A DNA stretch of 64,000 nucleotides from a virus. Positions 28,638 through 38,236 of the stretch are shown here, one piece after another; positions within the stretch are counted from its first letter, which is position 1; each line of letters starts with the position of its first letter. The position numbers and the translations under genes were made by a program. A model generated the notes under the pieces. That model was not told the origin of the DNA and searched no databases. It saw only the letters and a list, made by a program, of their open reading frames with translations. The stretch lies in the IMG/VR virus record IMGVR_UViG_3300017770_000003. One strand, 5' to 3'.

Positions 28638-30230
28638 CTAATCTAAAAGCCAAGATAAATCTTCATCTTTTCCCCCTATTTTCATTCTATACGCATTTTT
28701 AGGGTCATTTATCTTATTAGTACTAAAAAATGGGTTGTAATTTGCTTTGCTTGTATTTGCAAGCATTGCTCTAGTTAAGTCAACCCCGTGCTGAGCGAAT
28801 TTAAGCGCAGTATCTCGCACGTAACATGCGGTAGCTATAGACATAATTAGGTCATCATTATACCCTGTTTGGGCTTCTGGTCTACCATTTTTCCATACAA
28901 ATGTTCTTAATTCATCCAATGTACGTCTTGATTGGATTTGTATGCTTTGTTCTTTAACATATGCATCTAATTTAGCAATTGTTAAAGGTCTTGTTCTAAG
29001 TGACATAGTAAAACCAGGTACCATTTTAGATTTATCTATTAAATCATATCCTTTAGCAATATATGCTTCAGCATCACGAGTGAATTTTTCGTCTTTAGGA
29101 CTGTAATATAGGTTTTCATAACCCATATCAATCACTTCTTGAATTGCAGCCCAACCAATGTTTGCATTTTCTATAACAAGTAGAGCTTTGTTATATTCTG
29201 TTGCTATATTGTATAATATTCGACCAAAGTCTTTAGTTGGTACTTGTTCTTTAAATTCAGCTACCTGAGTACAGTTTTCTATATCAATAATATGAAATGC
29301 CGAATAGTCTTTAGAGTCACCTCTTGCTACGTCAGCTACAACCATATATTGTCTTGAGTAATCGGGATATTCCCAAACCCATAAACTTTGATTTATACCA
29401 CGTTTTTCAAGGGGGTCTTTTAACATTGTAGCTTCAATATGGTTTAGTACTTCGGGGGGAAATACAGTATCACCAGAGGTTGTAAAGTCACAGTCACATT
29501 CTTGGGCCGCCATTCTATCCCCTAATTCATCATCTTGCTTATCTCTCCACTCTTGGTTTCGTTCTGGGTGTACAGTCCACGGTAATCTAATAGGTGTAAA
29601 ACCACTAGTACCATCTTGTGCTTTAGTCCATTGTCTGTGAAACCAGTTACCAGTACCATTAGGTGTAGATAATATAATTGCTCTACCACCAGTTGCAAGT
29701 GTTTGTTGTGCTGAACCCCAAATTTCCTCAATCCTATTCTCTTCAATAAATGCCGCCTCATCAATTACTAGAAGGGAAATGGCTTCTGATCTACCAGCAT
29801 CACCTGCTGCAGATACTGCTTTAATTTGAGACCCATTTTTAAGTCGTAATGATAGCCGGTTATTTTCCATTGTAGGTAATTTTAACCAACTAGGTAACTG
29901 ATCGTACATAAATCGTACTTTAGTTACTAGGTTTTTAGCTGTTTCTTGTTTTGTTGCTATTACAAGGATATTTTTATCCTTTTGAAATAACATCATGTGT
30001 AAAGCTATACCTGCTGAAAGTGTTGAAATACCAAGCTGTCTTGATTTTAAGATTACTGACTTATCGTGTTTACTTAATAGACCTAATACCTTTTCTTGAA
30101 ATGGGTATAGGTTAAACTGAGTGCGACCTCTTGTTGGGTGTTGTATCCAACAATACTTTTTCATAAAGTAAACAGGATCGCTTGCTGATTTAACAAATTC
30201 CTGCTTTATGATTGATTTTATATCTGCCAT
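28638..30230 (-). CDS. terL: Terminase large subunit (T4 gp17-like), 530 aa
   Basis: KSRQLGIST Walker A, LLVIDEAAF Walker B, STPNG, ADVARG and DDLIMS nuclease motifs. Confidence 0.97.
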   Translation of the reverse strand: MADIKSIIKQEFVKSASDPVYFMKKYCWIQHPTRGRTQFNLYPFQEKVLGLLSKHDKSVILKSRQLGISTLSAGIALHMMLFQKDKNILVIATKQETAKNLVTKVRFMYDQLPSWLKLPTMENNRLSLRLKNGSQIKAVSAAGDAGRSEAISLLVIDEAAFIEENRIEEIWGSAQQTLATGGRAIILSTPNGTGNWFHRQWTKAQDGTSGFTPIRLPWTVHPERNQEWRDKQDDELGDRMAAQECDCDFTTSGDTVFPPEVLNHIEATMLKDPLEKRGINQSLWVWEYPDYSRQYMVVADVARGDSKDYSAFHIIDIENCTQVAEFKEQVPTKDFGRILYNIATEYNKALLVIENANIGWAAIQEVIDMGYENLYYSPKDEKFTRDAEAYIAKGYDLIDKSKMVPGFTMSLRTRPLTIAKLDAYVKEQSIQIQSRRTLDELRTFVWKNGRPEAQTGYNDDLIMSIATACYVRDTALKFAQHGVDLTRAMLANTSKANYNPFFSTNKINDPKNAYRMKIGGKDEDLSWLLD

Positions 30231-30247
30231 CGTATATACATACTAAC

Positions 30248-30271
30248 AAAAAGGGGACCTATTGGTCCCCT
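30248..30271 (-). terminator. Rho-independent terminator upstream of the terminase gene
   Basis: AGGGGACC-AAUA-GGUCCCCU followed by UUUU. Confidence 0.85.
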
Positions 30272-30292
30272 AATTTTAGTATATAATTTTAA

Positions 30293-32137
30293 TTATCCTT
30301 TAAGTTTAATATTTTTTCCACTTAGTGTAAATGCATATTTTACATCACCTGGAGATGTATATTCATATTTTTTATTCTTTTTAAGGTAATTTTGTAACTC
30401 TTTAAAATGTTCTACAGTACCTTTAGAATATTCCCCCGGCTCAAGATATTCTTTTTCACTAAATGTTGATTGTTGTACACCTTCGTTGTCATTTCCATCC
30501 ACATGAAAATCTACAAATTGTTTAGCGGCACTTTTAATACCTTCATTTAGTTTTTTCTTTTGGATATCACTTTCAGTGATTAAACCAGCTAACTTTTGGA
30601 AGCGAAGTGTAGATTCGTTAAGTTCAAATGATACTTCTTCCATACTATCTTCAGCTTCTTGATCGAGTGCATCCTGCTTATCAGCTAATGCATCTAAATT
30701 ATCGGCTTTATCTCTAGCACCATCAGCATCTAGTTCGTCAACTACTTTTGTTTTTTTTCTACCTCCGGATACTTTATCGTATTCTTTCTGAAGTTTAGCT
30801 TGTGCTCTTTCAAGTTCCTTAAGTTGTTTACGAACTTCTTTAACTGCACCTTTATCCATCATATCTCTAAATTCGTTATCTTCGTCAATGCGAGTTAAAC
30901 GACCTTCAGTTTCTTCAATCATTTCAGCAACTGCGGCTAATTTGGTTTCAAGTGCTGCTGTGCGGCCTTGAATTTCAACTTCTTTCATCTTAGCGGCTAA
31001 TGGGTTTTTAGCTTCTTTGATTTGCTGTTTGATGTATTTTTCTAAATTTGTTGCTTCTCTTAAGCCTTTTACATTAAACGCACCAGTTCCTGTTATTATT
31101 TTACTCTTAGGGTTTACAACTTTAATTATTTGTTGTAGGTTTCTAACTGCTCTTCTATCTATAGGTAGGCCTTTTATAGGGTTTATAGCACCCCCTTTTT
31201 TAGTAAAGAGAACACGGTCATTATTTACTATATATTGAACTCTGGTTCTATCTAGACTAAAATCTAATACTAAACCTCTAGTCTCTCTCTGAGGACCTCC
31301 TTTTAATTGTACCTTTTCAAGTTTTCCTAAACCTTCTCCAAAATCTTTTCCTACAAAGTCTCTAAAAAAGGTTTGTGCCAACTGGTCAGCGCGTTTATGT
31401 TCTCCTCTATCAATAGCTGCATTAACGGCGGCAGCTACTTTATCTACAGATATTTCGTTTATTGTTTTATTCATAATGTTGTTATTTTCTGCTAATGGAT
31501 CACTTAGATCAATGTCGCCTCCTAAGCCTAAGGCATCTAAGTCAGCCATTGGATCGTCTGACATATCAAATTCTGCATCTCTTCTTTTTCTACCTCTGGT
31601 TTCAGGGGCATCTGGGTCACGAGTAGGTTCCATTGATTTTTTAAGCTGTGAAGTTAAGGTAATTAAACCTTTCATCTCAAGTGCTTTTAAAAACTTATTT
31701 GCTTGAGCAGGGCTGTTATATGAAGTATTAGCAATAATATCTTTGGAAGTAAATCCTTCAGGGTTAAGCATTGCTGTTGCTAACGCTTTCATTTCTTCAG
31801 GAGTAAAGCGTTTTTTAGGGCGCTTTTGTCCTGGTGACTTATATGTTTTTAGAACATCGTTTACACGCTGCATAAATTGAAGTACATCTTGTAAGCTAGC
31901 TTCTTGGCCAAGTTTAAAGACATTAGATGTACGAGCCATTTCTTCTAAACCAGCTCTATCTAATTCGCCAGCTGCGAGATCTTCTAATTCATCTTCATCG
32001 CCTGTTTCCATAGCCCGAGCAATACGGTCATCGTCTTCAGGACGTGAATCTGCGGCTAATTCTTCGGGAGAAGCCATTTCATTTATAGCGGCCTTAATTT
32101 CCTCTAATATAATTTGCTTAATTTCGTTTTTATTCAT
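30293..32137 (-). CDS. Mosaic charged protein (614 aa; probable start MNKNEIK); candidate internal head polyprotein
   Basis: Modules bounded by INE/LEE/LAE/LRE/IKE/LNE; internal RFQKLAGLI matches the scaffold C-terminus. Confidence 0.65.
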   Translation of the reverse strand: MNKNEIKQIILEEIKAAINEMASPEELAADSRPEDDDRIARAMETGDEDELEDLAAGELDRAGLEEMARTSNVFKLGQEASLQDVLQFMQRVNDVLKTYKSPGQKRPKKRFTPEEMKALATAMLNPEGFTSKDIIANTSYNSPAQANKFLKALEMKGLITLTSQLKKSMEPTRDPDAPETRGRKRRDAEFDMSDDPMADLDALGLGGDIDLSDPLAENNNIMNKTINEISVDKVAAAVNAAIDRGEHKRADQLAQTFFRDFVGKDFGEGLGKLEKVQLKGGPQRETRGLVLDFSLDRTRVQYIVNNDRVLFTKKGGAINPIKGLPIDRRAVRNLQQIIKVVNPKSKIITGTGAFNVKGLREATNLEKYIKQQIKEAKNPLAAKMKEVEIQGRTAALETKLAAVAEMIEETEGRLTRIDEDNEFRDMMDKGAVKEVRKQLKELERAQAKLQKEYDKVSGGRKKTKVVDELDADGARDKADNLDALADKQDALDQEAEDSMEEVSFELNESTLRFQKLAGLITESDIQKKKLNEGIKSAAKQFVDFHVDGNDNEGVQQSTFSEKEYLEPGEYSKGTVEHFKELQNYLKKNKKYEYTSPGDVKYAFTLSGKNIKLKG

Positions 32138-32179
32138 TGTGCACAATGTTTGGTGTTAACAACAATAAATATATAAAAA

Positions 32180-32560
32180 TTACTGAGGAAGTGTATAGTC
32201 TATAGTATGTATTAAAACTATAGTGCCTACAAAACCACCTACGACACCTACCCATGGCTTTTTATACCATCTATCTACTTGATTTAAACGATCTGTATAG
32301 ACAATAATTTGATTGTTTAATAATTCTATTTCTTCATATCTGTAATTGAGAAGGAGATCATTATGATCGTTTAATTCCTTATGAAACCCAATTTGTTTTT
32401 CGAGTTGTTTGATTAAAACTGTTTTAATTGAGTCTTGTGTCTCAAGTGTGTCTAAAGCCAAGAAAAACTCCTCAAGTTCCAATGCTGGAATTTGAAGAGT
32501 ATCTTGTGAAAAACTTAAACTAGACACACATAACATTAATATAGTTAATATGTGTTTCAT
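32180..32560 (-). CDS. Signal peptide + coiled coil + C-terminal TM protein (126 aa); spanin-like candidate
   Basis: Hydrophobic N-terminus, coiled-coil centre, PWVGVVGGFVGTIVLIH tail. Confidence 0.5.
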   Translation of the reverse strand: MKHILTILMLCVSSLSFSQDTLQIPALELEEFFLALDTLETQDSIKTVLIKQLEKQIGFHKELNDHNDLLLNYRYEEIELLNNQIIVYTDRLNQVDRWYKKPWVGVVGGFVGTIVLIHTIDYTLPQ

Positions 32561-32865
32561 GCTTTCTTTTTTGGTCTACCTGGTTTACGATATTTTTCTT
32601 TAAAATCACTAGTAGTTTTTTTAGCATTAGTAGTAGGTTTAACCTTTGCTTTAGTTTTATTAACTACTTTTTTCTGCTGAGTAATTTTGTCTTTGGTTAC
32701 TTTTTTATCAGCTTGAACTTTTTTAGTTTTTACTTGAACTTTTTTAATTTTGTCTTGGGCTTCTTTAACCTTTTTATCGTGCTCTTTTTTCTTTTGAGTA
32801 GAAGCTACTGCAGCGGCACCTCCGAATACTGCTAGTAATCCTATTATCCATTTAAATAATTTCAT
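32557..32865 (-). CDS. N-terminal TM + Lys-rich coiled-coil protein (102 aa); i-spanin-like candidate
   Basis: MKLFKWIIGLLAVFGGAAAVA followed by a basic coiled coil; ATGA overlap with the next gene. Confidence 0.5.
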   Translation of the reverse strand: MKLFKWIIGLLAVFGGAAAVASTQKKKEHDKKVKEAQDKIKKVQVKTKKVQADKKVTKDKITQQKKVVNKTKAKVKPTTNAKKTTSDFKEKYRKPGRPKKKA

Positions 32866-32867
32866 AA

Positions 32868-33389
32868 TTAAAATGTTATGGTTTTTAATATTTGTTCGAT
32901 TCGTTCTTCTGTAGAACCTTTAATAGTATAGTAAACTGGTCTATGTTTTTTCAGTAGGTCTTGAATACATATGTCAATTTCATTTCTATATTTTAAATTA
33001 GTTTCCCTTACACCATTATCTTCCATAGCTATACCTTCAGGAGAAATATAAAACATATAATTATATTGGTAAATAAACCGTTTAGCATATTCTTCAAAGG
33101 CTTCTCCATTTATAATACTAGTTTTTTTAGCACATTTAGTAAATGCCATAACATCTATAATAGTTCTATCAGTAACTATAGAAGGTTGCATAAGTTCGCT
33201 TACACGTTCTGCCAAAAATATGGTTTGTCCCTCTATAGTTGTTTCATGATTTAAGGGAATACCTAACGAATTTAAATAGGCACTACGTTCAGTAGCAAAT
33301 TTATAGTCTTTAAATTCAGGTAATTCCTGTAATGATTTTACTAGTGTAGTTTTTCCTACACTCATTGTTCCACAAAAACCTATTTTCAT
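32868..33389 (-). CDS. P-loop nucleoside/nucleotide kinase-like protein (AAA_28/NadR-kinase-like), 173 aa
   Basis: GTMSVGKTT Walker A, V.DRT.ID, Y.SPEG...EDNGVR. Confidence 0.75.
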   Translation of the reverse strand: MKIGFCGTMSVGKTTLVKSLQELPEFKDYKFATERSAYLNSLGIPLNHETTIEGQTIFLAERVSELMQPSIVTDRTIIDVMAFTKCAKKTSIINGEAFEEYAKRFIYQYNYMFYISPEGIAMEDNGVRETNLKYRNEIDICIQDLLKKHRPVYYTIKGSTEERIEQILKTITF

Positions 33390-33703
33390 TATCCTGCACT
33401 TCTAGCTTTAAATCTTGGATCTTTATACCAGGGTAGACCCTTACCACTACGTTTGGCTTCTTTCCACTCTTCTTCAGTGTGTTTAAACCCGTAAATATAA
33501 TATTCTCTTTTACGATTATCACCCTCTGGTATAAGAGCAGGTCCTTCCCAATTATGAAGTTTACCATCCCAATAATATGCTATAGTACCTTCAGGTGTCC
33601 TTAAACGCTTTGATTTAGGAAAATCTTTTTTTCCTGTCATTCTATTTTGTTCCTCAATTAATCGGCTTTCTTTGAGGCGTTTATTTTCTTCTTTTTTATC
33701 CAT
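33389..33703 (-). CDS. Hypothetical protein (104 aa) with a GKLHNWEGPA motif
   Basis: Motif of the phage GKLHRxDGPA repeat class; TAATG-coupled. Confidence 0.75.
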   Translation of the reverse strand: MDKKEENKRLKESRLIEEQNRMTGKKDFPKSKRLRTPEGTIAYYWDGKLHNWEGPALIPEGDNRKREYYIYGFKHTEEEWKEAKRSGKGLPWYKDPRFKARSAG

Positions 33704-33704
33704 A

Positions 33705-34991
33705 TTAATTTAAGATTGATTCTGCAACATATGTACCTTGTGCTCCACTTACTGTAATACCCCTTGCTGAGAGAGCATCGCCTACAAAATGGACATTTGG
33801 TACTGTTTTAAGTGATAAGTTATCGTAATCTACAAGTGGTTCTGGTGATAAATATTTTACTTCGGGCATGTAAACACCCCAATCATTTCCTAATGTGGGG
33901 AATACTTTAGTCATATCTTCAATAAAATCTTCAATATAAACAGCATTATCACCAATAGCATCGTATAATGGATCTAAGTTATTTACAATTTCGGTTTTAA
34001 CATATTCGCCTTCACTAGTTTTAGATGGTACTCTATGGCTAGGAGAATAATAAGTACCAGTACCATTAATTTGAAGTTTTTTAACTGCTTCACGTGACCA
34101 ATCAAATGGTTTGTCAATACCTCTGATTTCCATTAAAATACCAAAATTAGTCATATCATTACGATATGCTTCATCTTTCTTAGCATGGCCATTGTAACTG
34201 TGATCGCCATATGTTTCCTCTACAGCTACATAAGCAGCATTATTATTAGTACAGAATGATCTTAATGATACACCTTTATCTTCAAACTTACGATATAGCT
34301 TAAAATCATAACTGATGTCAATTAATTTTTGAAAGTGTTTTTGGGGTGCTTCAAAACGTACACCAATTTGTACTGGTTTTGCTTCTGTATCATGGTTTCC
34401 AGTTTCAATAAGGTGTTTACCAAAATCAATACCTGACTTACCTACTGCAAATATTAAACGATCGTAAAAATATTTTTTATCTGCTACAACATATTCGCCT
34501 TCAAAATCAATTTCTGTTACTTTAGAATTCCAAGTAAATTTAACACCTTTAGATACTAAATATTCATACCATGCTTTACCAATTTCGTGCAAATAATCAG
34601 TACCAATGTGCCATACTGGGAATAATCTTAAACCAAAATATGGTTTAATAAAATCTGGTTCTTCTACAGGATGTGAACATTGAATAACTTCTGGTTTTGG
34701 GTGAAAACGTCTAAAGTTATTAATCACTTGATCCATTAATTGCATAGCTTTTTCATCGCCACAGTATTTAGACATATGGCCACCAATTGAAGTATGGTAA
34801 GTAAGTTTACCATCGCTCCAACCACCAGCACCCATAAAACCTGTCATTACTTCTTCAGGTTTACGGTTATAAGGATCATTACCCATATCAATAATAGTAA
34901 TACGACTTCCGTCATACCCATTATCAACTAATTTTGTTGCAGCATTTACGCCTGCTACTCCAGCGCCTACAATTACTATTTTTTCTTGCAT
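33705..34991 (-). CDS. FAD/NAD(P)-dependent oxidoreductase (uncharacterised FAD-dependent dehydrogenase family), 428 aa
   Basis: IVGAGVAG Rossmann motif, GAGGWSDGKL, AVGKSG, C-terminal FVGDALSARGI. Confidence 0.85.
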   Translation of the reverse strand: MQEKIVIVGAGVAGVNAATKLVDNGYDGSRITIIDMGNDPYNRKPEEVMTGFMGAGGWSDGKLTYHTSIGGHMSKYCGDEKAMQLMDQVINNFRRFHPKPEVIQCSHPVEEPDFIKPYFGLRLFPVWHIGTDYLHEIGKAWYEYLVSKGVKFTWNSKVTEIDFEGEYVVADKKYFYDRLIFAVGKSGIDFGKHLIETGNHDTEAKPVQIGVRFEAPQKHFQKLIDISYDFKLYRKFEDKGVSLRSFCTNNNAAYVAVEETYGDHSYNGHAKKDEAYRNDMTNFGILMEIRGIDKPFDWSREAVKKLQINGTGTYYSPSHRVPSKTSEGEYVKTEIVNNLDPLYDAIGDNAVYIEDFIEDMTKVFPTLGNDWGVYMPEVKYLSPEPLVDYDNLSLKTVPNVHFVGDALSARGITVSGAQGTYVAESILN

Positions 34992-35011
34992 TTATGCATA
35001 ATTTTAACGGT

Positions 35012-35043
35012 TAAATATACGATAAAAAGAGCTATAACCCACA
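35012..35043 (-). promoter_or_regulatory. Possible Bacteroidota-type promoter (TGTG-N20-TATATTTA) for the oxidoreductase operon
   Basis: Good -7 match; the -33 element has one mismatch and lies in the terminator loop. Confidence 0.45.
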
Positions 35044-35058
35044 TGAGGTTACAGCTCT
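35024..35058 (-). terminator. Rho-independent terminator after the internal-protein cluster
   Basis: AGAGCUGUAACC-UCAUGUG-GGUUAUAGCUCU followed by UUUU. Confidence 0.85.
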
Positions 35059-35106
35059 CTAAATATTCTTTTTAAGTCGACTAGGCTATAAATCTAGTCT
35101 ATATGT

Positions 35107-35499
35107 TTACTGTTGGTATTTAAAATTGTCTTCAAAATCTCTCATTAATAAATTACCTTGTAAGTATGCTTCTTTTTCCATTTTACGAAGGTGTTCATCG
35201 TTTTGGGCATATTGTGGATCACTTGAATCTCCTAAATGCAAATCACCACGTTCGTTTTGAACATGATGAATTAGTTCATGAGCAAACGACCTAAGTATAT
35301 CTTTAGGATGACGATTTGATGTATAAAGAACAATTGTTAATTCATTTGGATCATAATAAGCAGTGCGACCTAAGGTTAAACCTCCATTTTCAACATCTTT
35401 ACGAAGTACTACTTTAGGGGTGTTACGAATATTAAATTTTTTACATCCATCTCTATAGATACCTGTTAAGGCTTGTTTAAATTCTGGGTTATTATTCAT
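35107..35499 (-). CDS. Zinc metallopeptidase-like protein (130 aa, HExxH)
   Basis: LRSFAHELIHHVQ plus downstream MEKEAY third-ligand motif. Confidence 0.7.
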   Translation of the reverse strand: MNNNPEFKQALTGIYRDGCKKFNIRNTPKVVLRKDVENGGLTLGRTAYYDPNELTIVLYTSNRHPKDILRSFAHELIHHVQNERGDLHLGDSSDPQYAQNDEHLRKMEKEAYLQGNLLMRDFEDNFKYQQ

Positions 35500-35936
35500 T
35501 ATACTTCAGGCTCTGTTGTTGGTTCCTCAGAAGGTGGTTCAGATGTGGGTTCATTGTCTCCAAAGTCATCCGAAGGGATTTCTTCATCATCCGATTTAAC
35601 GCTACCTCTTTGCATTAATTTTTCAAGCTCATATTTAGCACCCTTTAAATCATTATCTCTATCTAAATCAAATAAAATACGATTAATATCAGCCTGCATA
35701 TATTCACCATTATCAATTAAATTAAATGTTTGTCCATTATCAAGGAAACATTTAAAAATTGGTTTAGGTGCTTTAATAATCTTAACATCAACTACAGCTG
35801 AGGGGGGGATTCCTAACATATCAGGACCTAAAGCACTATGTGCTCCCGGGGATAGTTGACGTAGTTGATATTCACGTTCTTCCCTTATTACTTGACGTAT
35901 TTTACGTCTTAACCGTTGTTCAGTTAATTTATTCAT
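35499..35936 (-). CDS. Hypothetical protein (145 aa) with propeptide-like N-terminus and acidic Pro-rich tail
   Basis: TAATG-coupled on both sides. Confidence 0.75.
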   Translation of the reverse strand: MNKLTEQRLRRKIRQVIREEREYQLRQLSPGAHSALGPDMLGIPPSAVVDVKIIKAPKPIFKCFLDNGQTFNLIDNGEYMQADINRILFDLDRDNDLKGAKYELEKLMQRGSVKSDDEEIPSDDFGDNEPTSEPPSEEPTTEPEV

Positions 35937-37186
35937 TATGATAAGGGTACTTCTACTACTTCTTCATCTGGTAGTGGGGTATATTCATCTTCAGATGGTG
36001 TATAATAACCATATGATTCAAATGCTCTACCATCTTCTGTAGTTCCATAAAGTGGACCTTCTTGGTAGTCTACTCTATTTACATCAGGTTCATCCATTAT
36101 CCATTCAATGTCTAATTTTTGCCATACACCATCAGGGATTACATCTCCTATAGCTTCATTTACATTTTTAGTACGTTGGTAATCTAAATAATGATAAACT
36201 GAAGACATGTAGTCAGATGCTTTAGTTAATTTAGCCTGAACCCATGATTCTAATTGTGTTTCATCATCAATCATATCACATAATGCTTTAGCATAATTTT
36301 TCATTTTAAGCATTTGTGATTTTGCCATTCCTCCTTCATAATCCATATTATCGGGACCTAAAAAATTTGCGGTTTGTTCAGGTGGTTCTGGAAGTGCTAA
36401 TTGGGTATCTTGAGGAATATCTGCTTCAGCAAATTCTGTGTACCCCATATAACCACTTTTTTTCTTTTTACCTTCTTTAAATACAATTTTAGTACCATCA
36501 ACCGTAACTTCGCCTTTATTATGAAGTTTAGCCATTAATGCTTTAGTAAATTTAATTGTATCTTCTTTAGATTTACCTTCATCCATATGTTTCTTCATAA
36601 GATGCTTAAGATCTAAAGTAAATGTAGTATCAGCAGGTAATTCGACTGTTTTAGCTTCATCCATTGGTCTACCAGCGTCCCATGCTAATTTTCTTTTTTT
36701 AATTTCTTTTTCAAATTTAGCCATATTTTCTTTATTACCGGATTCTTTAGCTTTTTCATAATTCTCAATAGCGGCTTTAATTTTAGGATCACTATTATAG
36801 ATCCTTTCACTAGTAGCTTTATTAAGACCTAATAAGGCAGCCATTATAGCAACATAACCGGCAGCCTTACTAAGTTTACCTTCGTCAATAGGACCCCCAG
36901 CATTTAAATAATATTTTGTTAAAAAGTCTTTTATATCAAAATTACCTTTATGTTGAGGATAATCTTGGTATACATCATCTAAAAATTCTTCTAATGAAGA
37001 AGATTCCATAGCTTTTATTTCAAGATCTTTAGCTACACCTTCTTTAAGAAATTCTTTTATATTTTTAGAAATTTTTTCTCTGCGATTTTTAAGGTATTTA
37101 TCTGTTTTATCTACCTTACCATCGTTGTTGATATCATCGTCTTCTTTACCAACAGGGTCTAACTTTTTTTCATCTAAGAAGCTCAT
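35936..37186 (-). CDS. Mosaic protein (416 aa); candidate internal head polyprotein
   Basis: DINNDGKVDKTD Ca-binding-like loop; EGGMAKSQM...WVQAKLTKASDY module; xxE-bounded segments. Confidence 0.65.
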   Translation of the reverse strand: MSFLDEKKLDPVGKEDDDINNDGKVDKTDKYLKNRREKISKNIKEFLKEGVAKDLEIKAMESSSLEEFLDDVYQDYPQHKGNFDIKDFLTKYYLNAGGPIDEGKLSKAAGYVAIMAALLGLNKATSERIYNSDPKIKAAIENYEKAKESGNKENMAKFEKEIKKRKLAWDAGRPMDEAKTVELPADTTFTLDLKHLMKKHMDEGKSKEDTIKFTKALMAKLHNKGEVTVDGTKIVFKEGKKKKSGYMGYTEFAEADIPQDTQLALPEPPEQTANFLGPDNMDYEGGMAKSQMLKMKNYAKALCDMIDDETQLESWVQAKLTKASDYMSSVYHYLDYQRTKNVNEAIGDVIPDGVWQKLDIEWIMDEPDVNRVDYQEGPLYGTTEDGRAFESYGYYTPSEDEYTPLPDEEVVEVPLS

Positions 37187-37191
37187 ATTAT

Positions 37192-37956
37192 TTATTTCTT
37201 TTTAAAGCTAACTTTAGCTTTTTTAGTGTTTTTAACAAATTGTTTACCTTTTTTACTACCCCTAACTTTTTTTCTAGAAGTAGAAGCACGTTGTGCTTTA
37301 GTAAGTGAATTTGCTTTTGCTCTAGGTAAGCAACGTTGGGTTGCTTTGCCTTTAGGCATAGTACCACACTTACCTGCTATATTTCCCTGGGTATCAATGC
37401 GAACCCAATCTTCTTTACCAAACCAATTTTTTAAACTTTCGTCTATATTACCCTCTATGACATTATATTCTGCTATTATAGCAAAATGGGGATCATTAAA
37501 TAATTCCTCTAAATGTCTTAATACTTGAGGTTTAAGTTGGTTGTATAAAGATTCGTTTTTCTTTTTATAAGATTTTTTTCTTTTACCACCTGCACCTTTC
37601 ATTTGTCCCTTGCAAACCTTTACAGCACGTCCAGAGAGATAAGCAGATGATTTTTCTCCTGCCCTTTTACGAGCAGCTATATAAGCTTTACCTCGTTTAC
37701 ATAGTTCTTCATATACTAAATCTTCAATTAATTCATTAATTATAGCATTAGTTTTAAGACTTTTACAATTATTACCATTTCCACACCCACAATCATCTTC
37801 AGCTACTTTTTTAGCACGTTTAGTTGCAGTAGCATACATAACAGCTTTGGCATCATCACCATAGCGTTTTTTAAAGTCAGCCTTAGCTCCCTTTAAATCT
37901 TTGACTATACGCTCTTTAGCTTTAGCTTCAGGTTTTGTTAGTTTGCGTTCTTGCAT
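37192..37956 (-). CDS. Basic mosaic protein (254 aa); candidate internal head polyprotein
   Basis: FKKRYG..AKAVMYATA, SSAYLSG.AVK.CKG and LKNWF.KE.WV...CG..RCLP modules separated by xxE sites. Confidence 0.65.
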   Translation of the reverse strand: MQERKLTKPEAKAKERIVKDLKGAKADFKKRYGDDAKAVMYATATKRAKKVAEDDCGCGNGNNCKSLKTNAIINELIEDLVYEELCKRGKAYIAARKRAGEKSSAYLSGRAVKVCKGQMKGAGGKRKKSYKKKNESLYNQLKPQVLRHLEELFNDPHFAIIAEYNVIEGNIDESLKNWFGKEDWVRIDTQGNIAGKCGTMPKGKATQRCLPRAKANSLTKAQRASTSRKKVRGSKKGKQFVKNTKKAKVSFKKK

Positions 37957-38236
37957 GTTTATAAATACTAATCATTAATGAACCATCTCCTTTTATAAGG
38001 CGATGCCATTGGTGTCTCTTAATAAATATAGGCCCATTTAAAGGAACAGGTAATTGGTCCTCAAATTGGAATTGCCAATTAGTTTTATTAAGAGCTGTAA
38101 TAGTTCTGTCTTCATCATCCATATGCCATTTTAGGACTTTTGGTTTAGTTGAAGTAGGAAACAGACGACTTATGGTGCCGTCTGCTTCTATTATATCAGT
38201 ATAAGGTTTACCAGTAAGTTGAGGCAGGTGTTCCAA
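37928..38236 (-). CDS. Cupin-like protein (~102 aa); start codon uncertain
   Basis: KWHMDDEDR and FIKRHQWHRLIKG motifs; no ATG near the upstream stop (TTG 38236 or ATG 38317 are the in-frame options). Confidence 0.6.
   Translation of the reverse strand: MEHLPQLTGKPYTDIIEADGTISRLFPTSTKPKVLKWHMDDEDRTITALNKTNWQFQFEDQLPVPLNGPIFIKRHQWHRLIKGDGSLMISIYKHARTQTNKT

Noticed and set aside
21676-30230. Inteins or introns in capsid, portal or terminase genes
   Set aside because: The ORFs are uninterrupted, of roughly expected length, and lack C/S...HN splice motifs or LAGLIDADG/HNH inserts.
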